Below, in pieces: positions 9,839 to 22,700 of a stretch of 64,000 bases of DNA; position 1 is the stretch's first letter; the number at the start of each line of letters is the position of its first letter. The stretch is taken from the NCBI RefSeq assembly GCF_036321535.1, contig NC_087436.1, forward strand, positions 51,894,001 through 51,958,000, in the 5' to 3' direction. Under the pieces are notes generated by a model, which worked only from the letters and a program-made list of their open reading frames with translations, was not told where the DNA came from and did no database searches. Source of the stretch: Camelus dromedarius (Eukaryota). The translations under genes were made by a program, and so were the position numbers.

Positions 9839-10677
9839 GTGATTTATGGCTTTTAAAAAATTAATATGGCATTTTTATGTGGCCGTGGCTTTCCACCGCC
9901 TGCCTCGCTCGGGCAGGGTTCTCTCGGCGCTCCATTGCAGCAATTCCCTCCGCGCCCCCTCTTCCTCCCCCGAAAGGGCCTGCACAGGACTCGCGAGAGA
10001 GCGGGAGAGCGTGGGGGGAGCCCCGCTCTTCCTTCCGCGCGGGGCGGGGGCGGCCGCAGGGAGGGGGCGGCCCAGGGGACGCGCCGGGGGTGCGGGAGGC
10101 GGGGAACGACCCGAGAGCCCCGCCGCCGCCGCCGCCCGGGATTCCCCCGAAGGCCCTGAGAAAGACAAGGAAAGCAGTTCCCCAAACCTCCCTCGCCACC
10201 CCCAGGCGTCCGCCGCCGACCTGTCATTGCTCTTGAATGGTGCCCTGCTGGAGCACACCTCCCCGGGGGTAACCTCACCCCCCTCGCTTCTTCCGTGCCC
10301 CTGGCACCCGCTTGTTAAACGTGCTATTCGATTTCTACCATTGGCTTTTCTCCCCCGCCCCAGGATCACAGACTCCTGGCGGGGATGGCTTTGAGGTTTC
10401 TGGCCAAGAGAAGCCGGGATGCCCCGTGGGTGAGGAAGGGGACAGAGTAGTCTCCTTCTCTCTCGCATCAGGGAATCCGCCGTCCTCGTTGTAGTCCGTG
10501 GTGGAGTGGGGGAGGAACCACCCGACGAATCCTGGAAGGATGAGGCAACAGAACAGATATGCCAGGATTAAGTAGTATCCCTCACTCCTGGGGTCAGGAC
10601 GCAGGGCAGGAATGGGCACGGGCTACGCGCGGAGCGGGCCTCTGAAATTGGAAGTAGCGCTGACTGATGTAGATAGA

Positions 10678-10701
<24 letters not shown>
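10678..10701 (+). repeat. (GT)12 microsatellite
   Basis: Read directly. Confidence 0.95.
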
Positions 10702-10710
<9 letters not shown>

Positions 10711-10904
10711 CCAGTGTGTTGTGTGTAGAACAGAGATAGTATCTACTGTGGCCTGAGCATGCAAGTAGAGTGCAAGGCAATGAAGTCATTTACACCGTGA
10801 GCTCTTAGGTGAAGTAACCTAGCAACCTAAAGACCATGCATGGTCCTTCTGGGGCTTCAGAGTGTTCATTGCTCCATTCAGGTTTGCTCAGTTTTTTAAA
10901 GTAA

Positions 10905-10950
10905 TTGTGTGTGTGTGGTGTTGTGTGTGTGTGGTGTTGTGTGTGTGTGT
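10905..10950 (+). repeat. 16-bp tandem repeat ttgtgtgtgtgtggtg, about 2.8 copies
   Basis: Units at 10905-10920, 10921-10936 and a partial unit at 10937-10950. Confidence 0.9.
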
Positions 10951-11552
10951 CTTGTTTTGGTTCTATTAGAATCCTTCCTGCTTCAGTGCAGTATTCGTAG
11001 ACTCATCAAGATAAGGAGGTAACATCTCTGCAAAAATGACTCGAAATAGGTCTGCTGATGCACAGCTCTTTGATCTGCAGGCATGGATTCTCATGTAAAC
11101 AGTAAATTAAAATTCATTCAGAAGAACAGTTTTGTATTAAGGGCCTCTGTTGACATTTTAAAAAAGCAAGACCTTTTGTTGAAATATCAGAGAATAACAA
11201 CTATCTCCCTAATGTGTGAAGTTTAGTTGTAACTCCAGTCTGTATATTAAGATCACCTTTTTTCAAAACACTCGGTGTAAAGGCTACAATTCAAATGATA
11301 GCAGTAAATGTGTCAAAGGATAGTAAAATGTGTGAGTAATTAGAAAACACTCATATGTGCATATATAAGGCCAGTTCTCTGTTTTAAGTCACAAAGTATG
11401 TATTCTTAATGTAAATATAAAATTGTCATCAAGTGAAGAATGTGAAAATAATTGTTCATACATTCTGGCTTGGTGTCTTTACCAGGTGATGTGAAAGAGC
11501 CCATTGAACCATTCCATGGCTATTTTGTCTTGCCTTTTTTCCAATGCTGTAT

Positions 11553-11574
11553 TATATATATATATATATATATA
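11553..11574 (+). repeat. (TA)11 microsatellite
   Basis: Read directly. Confidence 0.95.
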
Positions 11575-14500
11575 ATCATAAAGGGCTTTTCGTTATATAT
11601 ACACATGACCACTCATAATTCAAAAAATTTGGTTTACATATTTTTGCAGAACTGAAATGCAGAGGGTGTAATAGACTCAAAAGAGGAAAAGTTAATTTTG
11701 CATATATTTTGATAGAAATCTTGATGTAAAATTTTACATATGAAATTTTGTTTATAGAAAAAAGTTTTATTGGAGAATCCTGATTTTTATGATTATTTGA
11801 GATGATAACCTATTTCGATTATCAGTCTGTTGTGAAATAGCATTTCCACTTGAATATGTATGTGTATGCTTAGTGACTAGAAAGTACATATTTGCTGAAT
11901 GGAAAACAGATTGCCAAACAATTTTTCCCATTTACAAAACTAGATAAGACATAGTTCACAAGGCCATGAAGCCATGACTTTAAATTTTGTTGGAACTTTA
12001 TCACAGTGGTCTGAGATTGACTTATTTTTTTTAATGCAGGCAAGGGAAATTTTTGTGCTCCTTAAGCATTCTTATCCTTTAACAAAGTACAGATAATATT
12101 TGCTTACATATAGAAATAAGAAGAAAATGGATTGTTATTACTGTGGCAGGCCATGACATTTGTCTACAGTTATCTTCATTAGTGTGATCTGGCTTCTGTT
12201 GTATAACAAACTGGTATTTACAAGTAAAGCTGTGCTCGTGGTTTTGCTGTAGTAATGCGATGATGTGACAGCTTTCTTGGTTGGTATTTCCAGAACGTGA
12301 CTTTAGAAAGATAGGTAGGTTGAGTTTCAGTCTCAACTAACTGTAATTTCTCAGATGTTCAGCATCTTCTTGAGTGTGTTCACAGATGGTGGTTAGTTTT
12401 TTTGAACCTTAAAAATGGAATGGAATGGCATTCATTTAGATAATGTCAGAAAGTTACTTCATCTAACAACTGAGGCTGTTTCATTTTGACTGTTCTTGGA
12501 TAAAAATAATTGAAAGTGTACAAATTCAGAGAAAACATCTTGGTAGTGCCATTTGTTGAGAATCAGAATCATTTGATCCATTTACTTAAAAGAAACATTG
12601 CATAACTATAAGGTAAAAGATTGAAGGCAATAAACAGGAGAAAAACTATTTCACGGAACCCTTCTCCCCTTATGTCTGATAGTCTGATTTTTCTCTGCAG
12701 TGGTGCTCCCCAGGCCTTGTTCCAAACTCTGGCTTTCCTTCCCGTGTCCCTCTCTGTTCCTGCCTTTAACTCTTCTTTGTTTGGCCCTAACATTCCCTAC
12801 TGGCTGTAGAACTTTGCTATAGGACAATAAAACACTTAAGGGAATTGAAACGTGAATGATGAGTCAGCTACCTTGTTACATCTCTTGCCCTTTCCTGTCT
12901 TCCTGTCTCCAAGTATATTGTAATGGGTGGGCCTTTCACCTTAGCTCAAACTGACTTTAATGGTAAAAATTCCAAATACCTTGGCAGGTTGCTGAGGAGT
13001 AAATTCCTGGGAATAATTTGGGAGAGTTTCTCAAAAACTCTAGGTAGAGCACTCTTGTACTTTATGTCAGATTGCTTTTGACTGTTGGGAATGCAAAATA
13101 AATAAATAAATAAAAAGCTGTCTTTCTTTGTATTGTCAGCTTGTATACTATTTGTATAGACAAAGAACACGTAGGAAATTCTAGAAGGATATCTGGGATC
13201 ACACAAGCAAGCAGATTGTAGCTAAGTGAAATATTAAGTCAATAGGAATTCAAGCCACTAGTGTTTCTAGCTGAATGAGACTAGTAATACTACCTAATGA
13301 GAAAACAAAAATATGCTACATCAGTGATAACTGTCATGTTTGGATCCTGAAATGGAATATAAACAAAGCCATTTCTTTGCAGTGTATCAAGAAGAGCTCA
13401 TTGTGAATTTATTTTACTAATGTTTACCATCAGCTGAGTTATTCCATGGATCTGGTCTTCCCTTTGTGTACAGTAAAACTGCATTAATTCAGTGTCAGTC
13501 AGTGCCATTAATTGAAACTATGACTAAATATCAGTGTTTGGTGGCTGAAGTTTACATCAGCACTGGATGTGAAGGGGCCTGCTAACCTAATTAATACAAT
13601 AAACAACACGATCTGGGCATGGTTAAATAAAAAGAGAACAAATTCTTTTCAAGACTTAGTGAACAGCATGCAAATTAATACTTGATTACAAATTAGATTG
13701 ATATATTCATTAATATTTCCGGATTTCTACTATAAAGTAAATGTAACACAAGTGCATTTTTTTCCAAAACATTCTGTGTTCTAAATTGCCATTAATTAGA
13801 AGAATTAACATTTAAAAAAATAGCTTTTTAGGAACCTCTACTTTAAAGAGCAATTTATATTGAGACATCCAGTTACAATATGAAAAAAGTAACACCATAG
13901 AATCTAGTTAAAGGTTTACTCTAGCATTTGTTTATATAGTTTAAAAATATGCCTTTTAAAATCTATTTGTTACTTTATGACCTGTTTTTATTTGTAGTTT
14001 TAGAGATATGAAATACGACTTTTGATACAGTATGCATTTATAACTTATATAATTGGCCTCTGAGGCTTTTCCTTATTGTTTTTTGTGTCAACCATGTGTA
14101 AAGTTGAAACTAATTATGAAACCAGATAAAGAATCCATTTAGAGTGACCTCATTGGAAAATAGCATTTTTCTAGACACATTCTCCTTTTAGCAAGTCCAG
14201 TTAAATTACCATTTTGAAAGTTCTGTGAAAATATTGGACACTTCCAGAACTGTAAAGAGTGATGATGATTCACGATATGGAACTTGGATAAAAACTAAAA
14301 AATCATCTTGTCAATTTTTTCAGCAACTTTCTGGTGTAGCAGTCTCTTGGTATTCAAGAAGAATATGGTGAGATTTTGAATTCCAGCTTCCTGTTAATTC
14401 CATTGTTAATGTATTATAACGCCACAGGCTCCTTTTCCCGTATGTAAAATGGCAGGGATTGTACTCACTACTCCCTTGTGAGAACCAGAAGATCATTAAA

Positions 14501-17068
14501 TGGGAGTTGAGAGCCCAAAAGGTTACACTTGATCCACTGGCCTGGGAACAGCAATCCAGTCACTGCCGACACAGAATTACAAATGACAACGTATTAATGT
14601 ATTTACAAGGGCACAAGAATAGTCAGAACCATTAATACTGAAATCCACGAATGCCTTGGGTCTACAATGATAGCTCATAGTGACACATTTTATAGTTGAA
14701 ATGGAGACAATAGACAGAATGCTCAGTCACAGGTGGGACTAGAGTAGAGCTAAGTATAAGCAAATCCTTTCCTCTGGCAAAGCTGCGCCTCTCTGTTGAG
14801 AACCTGTTTGAAATTGTCACTTCTTTTGGTAATATTTAAGATAATCACATTTTGTTTCCGAATTTTCTTTACTGAATTACTAGCAATATAAAATAGTTTT
14901 ACTAGGGGAAGCTTTTCTGTTTCTGTATTTAGCAGGAATTTAAATTCTGATGATAACCGTTACCTCACTTGATCTTGGCATGAGGTTCACTAAAGGAAAA
15001 CTGTTAAACATTGTTTTCTATTCAGGTAAATATACACGCAGAAATACAAATAGCATACTCTCCTCCTAAGGAGTTTTATGTACTTTTATTTTGAAGGGTA
15101 TTATTATAAGACTTTGTCTGGACTACAGATGATGGCCCAGATTGTTGCTCTGGTTTGAGGATTTCGTTAATTTCTAGGGAAAGCTCAAGTGAGAATATCA
15201 GTGCTTCTTAGGAGTTTACTCCTTTTTAAAAAATACAGTCATCAGGTGAATGATGTAGGCACTACAACAGGGTTTTGGTTTGTAAATTGTCTTTAGTAGT
15301 CTCTGCATTTTCAGCATTTTTAACCCATTTTCGTTTACAATATTTCCATCTCCTGTATTCATACAGGCTGTATTGATCAATAAGCCGTCAATTATATTTC
15401 ATGTAAGAAGGCAAATAAAACATTTCATATTCCTCCATGGTTAGGTGTTCTGAGTAATGGCTTAAATCAGATGGACTATCAACTTGAGAATGTAGATCTG
15501 TTGCTAGGATTTCAAATCCATTTCACAAATGCACACTCAAGCCTTTGATATTAAAAACATACAAACCCTGACTGAGGAAACAGTAATCCGTTATTGAAAG
15601 GCTGTGTTTCTGGAATTGGATGGATTCTTTTTGAGACCATCATAGAGAGAAATAGAACTTTATGTTTTTCTTCTTTTTATTTCTCTAGTCCGTGCTTTTG
15701 TTTCACAGAAAAATATATTGCAACTCTATTTTAAAAGATGGTCTATCTGACTTTCTACCAACTATCCCTTGCAACTGGAAATTCTGCACATACTGCAAAA
15801 GAGCGAAACGAACAAGTAGGTATCAGAGATTTATGTTAACAGCTGCCTTGAGATTATGACATACAAACACCTTTCCGTGTTTGTCAGTTTCAAAACTTTC
15901 TTAGGTTTTGAAGCCAGAAGAGTGATGGTTGATGGTTTTATTCATATGGAGCTAAATTAAAAAAAAATTCCCATCAGCTCCAGGATTCTAAAAATTTCAG
16001 AGTCTCTTTCTACAGTGATTGGATATCTCCAGTTTTTCTTTTTTGGGGAGGAGCTACTACTTCTGATTTACAATGTTTAGGTGTCTTGACATAGTATTAG
16101 AATGTTTTGGAAATTACAGTGTATCAGTGTCTAAACCGTGTCTCCCAGTTTGCTGTATATACTTGGAAGTTACATAAAATAAGTCATTAATATGTGTGTT
16201 CTAAGTTTTAGTTTGGGAAATATGGTCATTGAACCAATGGTGCGTAGCTCAATGGCCTGCTTATTATGCACTGAATAAATTCTTGTTGAATGATTTGGAC
16301 AGTGCAAAATTATCATGTGCCTCCTGAAGCTGTAAATGGAGACACGTTATATGTTTATTTTGAGTGTATTTTATATATTCTGATTCTCTGTAAGTGGTTC
16401 TCTACAGTGACTGCTGGTTAATTGGAATGTTCCCTTCTCCAGCCACATCAGGGAATGGGGTCTGAGAAGGAGGCATTACTAAGGTGACACAGTTAGACTG
16501 AGGGCAGTTTTGTGGTTTGGTCATTTGGACTGGCTTTATGCCAGCTGAGTTTAAAAGGCTAAATCCTTTTCAACTTAGCATATTTGCTTGAACTTGAAAG
16601 CTTTCTTTCAATTTTTGTTGTATTTTTCCTTAGGCTGATCAATTTTTGACAAGTGAGAAAAGATATGTTAATCTTTCAGCGTGTGATTTATTGGGTGATT
16701 TATCTGTTTTAAGTATTGTCCAGACTTGGACTTAAAGAGAAAATGACCTGGCAAATTTCATGGGAAAAAACCAAACCAAACCAAACCAAAACAAAAAACC
16801 CAAAACCCCAAACGAAAACAGAGCAAAATTCTCTTTTTTTTTTGTTTACATCTCAATTTATCATTTTCTGTAAAGTTTTTGTAATCCAGAAATGCAGCCT
16901 TCTCCAACATAACCTCCTGCCCTCCTCTGGCCCCCAAAACATCACTGAATGCTATCCAGTGGAAAGGTAGATGGGCTAGGAGAAGTTAAAAAAGGTGGCA
17001 CCAACTCTGCTGACTCCTATATTCTCCTCAGTGGGCTTTAAGCCATCCGTTGACATTTGTTTTTAAAC

Positions 17069-17147
17069 GTCTTGTGAGCTATGCCATTTTATCAAATTAA
17101 ATTAAAAGCCCAATACATTCTCTTAAATGACAGAGCCTGAGTCAGGA
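17069..17147 (+). repeat. Copy 1 of an 80-bp local direct repeat
   Basis: Aligns to 17668-17747 with 4 substitutions and 1 indel. Confidence 0.95.
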
Positions 17148-17339
17148 CTTCAGGCTCATGTTATTGTTTGCTTTTTGCAAAGGAATTAATTTTTTAATTA
17201 TCATTACACCTGGCCTTGTTGTTCTGTTACGCGTATTTAATGCTAATAAATTAAAGTATACTCATACCTCCTCTGTGTGGGTCTGATCATTGGCGTGATA
17301 ACAGTTCTCATCATTTAATTCTCATGATTCCAGCTGTAG

Positions 17340-17600
17340 TTCACATGTCACCTTCTCTGGGACTCGGGTCTCCTGATACCTTCAGTTGGAGTGAAGGGAC
17401 TCAGTCTCTTCCTGCTCATAGAGGACACCTTGAGTAGAGCGTGTTGCTGTGATGATTTATTTACCTGTCTGCCTCTCCTCCCCAGGAGACGGAGAGCCCA
17501 GAAGAGTGGGGATTGGTTCCACTTATCTTTGTATCTTTAGCCGGAGCACAGGTCCTACTGTAGAGCAGGCATTTGATATGTGGTTGTTAAATAAATGAAA
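17340..17600 (+). mobile_element. L2 3' end fragment
   Basis: tttacctgtctgcctctcc...ttatctttgtatctttagccggagcacag...gcaggcatttgatatgtggttgttaaataaatgaa resembles the L2 terminus. Confidence 0.55.
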
Positions 17601-17667
17601 TAACAGATGAAGGGCAAGAGGAATTTACATTCTTAAATTATAGGGTTCTTTTCTATTATAAAATTTT

Positions 17668-17747
17668 GTCTTGTGAGCTATGCCATTTCATCAAATTAAA
17701 TTAAAAGCACAATAGATTCTCTTAAAATGACAGAACCTGAGTCAGGA
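17668..17747 (+). repeat. Copy 2 of an 80-bp local direct repeat
   Basis: Aligns to 17069-17147. Confidence 0.95.
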
Positions 17748-19184
17748 TTTTACATCATGGGTGGCTTACAAACATGGTGAGTGTGATTGGCAAGTACCAA
17801 TCCTGTGAAAGGGCTTTTTCACATGAGTTTTGAAATGCCCTGTTTCATTAGTTGGGCATTATATGTTTTTTTGCCCAGTAGCCAGCTTGCAGAAGCCTAA
17901 CTGGCAGGAGTGGCTTACCCAGGGAGTGCTTGGTTTTCAATGAGTCAGTGTCAGGCAAAGGATGTGTAGGTCGGTTTACTCAAAGGTAGGCGATGTTTTT
18001 CCCTCAGGAAGACTGATGATGACACCCAGTTGTGGGGAGAGCTATTGTGGCAAGAATCGGGGAGGCCCAGATTAGACTTCACAATTGTATTGCTCACTTA
18101 GAGAAACACACAAATGCAAATGAATTAAAGTTAATACGTTTAGGAATCAGAACAGAGATGTAAGACGTGCTGCAGGCCCCGATACGAGGTGTCTGGGTAG
18201 TAATGGTAAAAAGTCTTCGGGCCCCCGAGTATGGGCGGCTCACGAGTCAGCCCCCCTGGCGGCACGTCGGCGTGGTGAATCCGGCGAGAAGAGCTCAGCC
18301 CTGGGCCCCACATCAGCCTGGAGGCTGTGTGGTGCAGCCCCGCCTTCTGCCCATTCTCCCCGAGGACCGCGGATGGATCTGCACCAGCCCAGACTTGGTC
18401 ACCTGGCTCCTCATTGAAGCAGGTCGGCCAGGGCTTTCCAAGCTCTGATTTATGAGCCAGGATTTAATGTCTCCCTAGTACAGAAATACTTTACCTTCAA
18501 GGAGTTGAAGACCAGGGAAACTGTGGTTTCCTACACAAAGTCTCATCCTTGTCAACTTTTGCCGGGTTTTCGCTTAGCAACCTGGAGGGACTTGCTCTTG
18601 TCCTCACCTCCGGTCAGAATTCGACATGAGTAACTGTCTCAGGCCACATGCATTTCTAGAAATGGATGTGGAAGATTCGGACCATGTTGGGGGGAAAAAA
18701 GTGGCCCCCTCCAAGTGATTAAAGGACTTCAAATTGTGATGGGAACTGAGATTATTCAGTCTTTAAAGGAAAAGGTTGAGTGGTGATTTAACTATAGATT
18801 TTATGATTAGAAAGCCTCTTTCTACGGTGGATCACACTCTGATGTTATCCATCACCACTGTCGAGTGAATATGAGAAAACACTGGAATCATTAGGGATTT
18901 AGGTGGCTTTTTTTTTTTTTTTTAACTAGTCAGAGACATTTAACACTGCATGGATGGTAAGGATCTTCTGAATGGAGAGAACACATGATCCTCCTTTATT
19001 TAGCTTGTAAATGAGATGTAAATCTAAAGTGATGAAAATTTTGAAGCTAGAAGAAACGTTGGAAATCTAACTCTCCGTCTGGCCTAGAGCCTGTCCTCTG
19101 ATCGTCTGCTGGGGAGAGGGTTTGGAGGGTATGTGGGAAGCTTACTGTCTCCTACGGTTGCTCACATCTGAGCATAAACCGAAC

Positions 19185-19560
19185 AGATCAGACTCTTAGA
19201 ATTGGAAGGTGCATCAGAATCTAGCTCAGGCCATCCCCAGTGTGGAAGCCCCTGTCCAGACTCCCTGACAAATAGTAATCCCACTGCTGTGTGAACACAT
19301 CTCGTGAGAGGGAGCCCTCAACTTCCTAGGATCTCCTGCTCTATCCCAGCCGTTTCTGCTCCCCAGATTGTCTCCTTGTGTTTGACCTTGTCTGATGCTC
19401 TGAAGTCCATGTTCGTTATTCCTAGCATTGCTCTATAGGGTTCGATTTATAAAATGAACCTTATCTGTCTTTTACAAGAGAGTCTCTTTGATATTAGGAG
19501 CAGCTTTCATGTTCTTAAGCCTTGTAGCTTTTCCCAACTGGTTCCTGGGCTTTTCCCCAA
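19185..19560 (-). mobile_element. L3/CR1 LINE 3' fragment
   Basis: cagactcttagaattggaagg...ctccctgacaaatagtaatcccactgctgtgtgaacac...gggagccctcaac follows the reverse L3 consensus. Confidence 0.6.
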
Positions 19561-21799
19561 CCAAGTAACCTTCTTTTAAAATCACAGCAAGTTTTCAGGC
19601 CCTCTTGAAACTGGAGACATGAGCAAATGTTCCTCTTGGCTTACCTCCTTCCGTGGAACCTCCAGTACCTTGGGCTTTACTATTATTGCTGTCCTGTGAC
19701 CATGTGCTAACCTTTAAACTTCCTGGAACTCGGGTCCTTCATTGCTGGGCCCCGTCTAGCATCCATTCCGTGGTGTCCAGTAGCTGGGTCAGGACTGCCT
19801 CTGTCACAATACTCGTTTCCCACGTTCTTCCTACTGAAATTTCCTTCGGTTGTACCTCTCCCAGGGCCTTTGGAGCTCTAAGGTGTCAAATACCTAATCT
19901 GCTCTGTGAGTAGAAGTCTTGCAGAAAGCCTGGCTAGCAGATGCATTTTAGCAGTGGCTCTTTGGAGGCATTGCTTTTATTTTGTTTGCATTTATTTGTA
20001 ATACAGGCAGAGTACTGAGGCAGCACGACAGCTTGACCCCGTGGTGGTTTGATGGCGTAACTCAGGACAGGCCAAGTTCCTTGTTTTCCTTTTCAAATCA
20101 CATCACAAAGACAGCTCAGCACCCGACCTGACCAGAGCCTGAAACCACCTCTCTACCTGCTCTTAGTTCTGGCGCTCTGTCTTTCAGAGATGTTGATAAA
20201 CGGCCTCTAAGGCCATTGAATTTGGCTAACCCCGTGAGTCCGACTGTAATTTGATAACTAGTGTAAGTTTCACTGAGACCTAAAAGAGGCCAGTGGCTTC
20301 CAACTGTGGTGTCACAGCACATTTCTGTGTTACACTCAGCTGTGAGGAATTAACAGCTACTGATAACAACGTACAGAAGTTTGCAAATGACTTATTTTAA
20401 AATATCTATATATAAACTAGGGTGGATTCGAGTTAAACCCTAAAATGTTACTTTCACTTGCATTCTGCTGTGTTTTCCCATGTGGGAGAGAAAAGGATGG
20501 AGCTGCAGCTGTCATGGTGGGGCATTTGCATAACTTGCTGTCCTCTTGATCTTACGGATGTGCCTTTAATCACAGTGGAAATCAGACATTCTTGTAAGCT
20601 GTGGCAGTGTTTGCCTTAATTTCCATAAACATTTTTGAGCATAGTTTAATAGAACCTGGGTTCACTCATGCTAGTGTTTTGTGCAAATGAATGTCATGTC
20701 ATACACATCTTGATAGAAAAAAGGCTGAGACTTGAGATTAGAGGATACACCTTTGTAGATTGAGTAGATCTTGAAACATACAGTATGCACTTCTGGGGTG
20801 ATTTCAAAATGCCCTATGAAGCTTTCTCTCCTAGAATATCTCCCAGGGGCCACACCTGAAATTCCATGATTAATTATTTATTTAGGAAATGACTGGCCTT
20901 CTTGGATAAAAGTTTAAAAAGTAACTGATTTTTTAAAAAAGCAATTCAGTGAATTGACTACTTTCTCTCTGTTTTTTTTTTTCTTTTGCCTTTGGGTGAT
21001 ATTGAATCCAGGAAAAATCCCATAATTCAGGAGCCTTTTTGAGAGTGAATGTTGATGTCTCTTTTTAAATCCATATCCCATTCCTCTTGTATCACTCAAT
21101 TTTCCCTACTGGTTCCCTCAAGTATGATATCATTGTGATATCCCAGTTGGTAAGTAGATTAAATAATCCATTATTGAGTGTAAAATGGCTGTTAAAAAAT
21201 GCTTCCTTCACTTGCAGAACTGTCCGTCTACCCATCTGTCCTTCCATTCTGTCCATGCATGTATCACAGTTTAAGTGCCCCCTGCTTGCCTGGCTCTGTG
21301 CTGTGTTCTCAGGGCTTAAAATAAAGTAGGCATTCAGCAAAGGTTACTGTCCAGCGTGGGGTGTGAAAGCAAATCGCAGTATAAATTATAATTGTTGTAA
21401 TAGCAGAAGATGCAGCATGCTGTGGAGTGCAGAAAAGGGAGTGATTAACTGTCTTCATAGACTGTGCTTTCATTTTTTGGCAAAAATAAGTGGAACCAAT
21501 ATTAATTTTCTCCATAGTATAATAGGCACATCATTAGGATGTGGCTTATTTTAAAATGAAGATGGCATAAAAATTACTGCAAAAGGAGTGATGAGCATTT
21601 AGATCTGGAATTTTGTAGCTATTACATAGAAGTCACCTGTGAGCAAAGTATATGATCTAGAACCATGGGCTACTGAAGGTGGAAATGACCTTAAAAGTCA
21701 ACTAGTTCAACTATCTTAAAAAAAAAAAAAACCCTTCCTGTTAAATGGTTAACATTTTCTCCCTTCCCCTGATTTCCAGTGATGGGCAGGCAGCCTCAG

Positions 21800-22035
21800 A
21801 ATGTGGAAAGAGCATTGGTTAATGGCTTGACAGAACCTGCATGTAAATCCTCCTTTCTCCATGTGCCTGCTCTGTGTTCATGGGGAAGTCATGTAATCAT
21901 CCTGCACCCATTTTTGAAAAGTGGAAACAGTAATACTGACTTTGCAAGGTGGTGGTAACTATGAGAGGAATTGTATGTGACATGCCTAGCCTGTGGCCTG
22001 CTCAAAAAGAGCCCTCAGTCCATGTTAGGTATTGT
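21800..22035 (+). mobile_element. MIR SINE
   Basis: Degenerate MIR core and tail: gtggaaagagcattgg...ggggaagtcatgtaat...aaaagtggaaacagtaatac...tgtatgtgacatgcctagc. Confidence 0.65.
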
Positions 22036-22089
22036 GATTTTATTGTTGGACAGCTCCCTTGAAAGCATAGCTTTCTTCTTCTCAAAGTA

Positions 22090-22700
22090 ACCTGCATTAA
22101 AGCATATACTTCCTCACTTCCTGGCCACAGTCAAATCCACTGTCCTGTGGGGGCCTCTCCCATTCCTCTGAATCAGTTTGGCAAAGGTCACCAATGACTC
22201 TCCAGTTGCTGGTCTCTGTGATGCTTGACATGATGGACCACCTCTTTCTTCCTGAAACTTTGTCCCCATTGTCTTTCATGGATTTCCTGTTTCTCTGACT
22301 TGTTTGTCAGCTCTTCTTGATTGAATCCTAAATGTTAATGTCCTTTTATCCCTTTACCAGTTCTTCCAGGTAATTTCATCTCCTGACGCTCATAGGATTT
22401 CTCCCTTATAGTCTGATGACTAACACATCTGTATTTGCAGTCGGGTCTTTTCTCTGGATCTTTCTTTCAAACCATGTATGCAGTAGTTGCTGTGGATGGG
22501 TGTGGTGAAAATGAAGTGGGGTATTCGTTCTCCTGTGTTTTCTGTCTTGGGTGATGTGACCACTATCTATCCAGTTAATTAACTGTCATTCAGTGCAGGT
22601 CTTTTACATCCTTCACCCAGTGCCGCAGCATTATTTTCTGTGCTTTCAGACTCATCCCCTCACTAACGTTAACCACTGCCAGAGTGATCATTTAAAAATG
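22090..22700 (+). mobile_element. L2 internal fragment
   Basis: aaaggtcaccaatgactctcc...tgaccacctctttcttcctgaaac...tgatgactaacacatctgtatt resembles L2 body sequence. Confidence 0.6.

Larger units (their letters stand above)
7440..10640. promoter_or_regulatory. CpG island spanning the PPP3CA promoter, exon 1 and start of intron 1
   Basis: Very high GC content and dense CpG dinucleotides against an AT-rich, CpG-depleted background. It contains the first coding exon. Edges estimated by eye. Confidence 0.92.

Noticed and set aside
14480-14800. Possible LTR-like block (also about 300-600 and 49870-50230)
   Set aside because: Composition hints at old repeats, but I could not match a consensus. 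It needs RepeatMasker.
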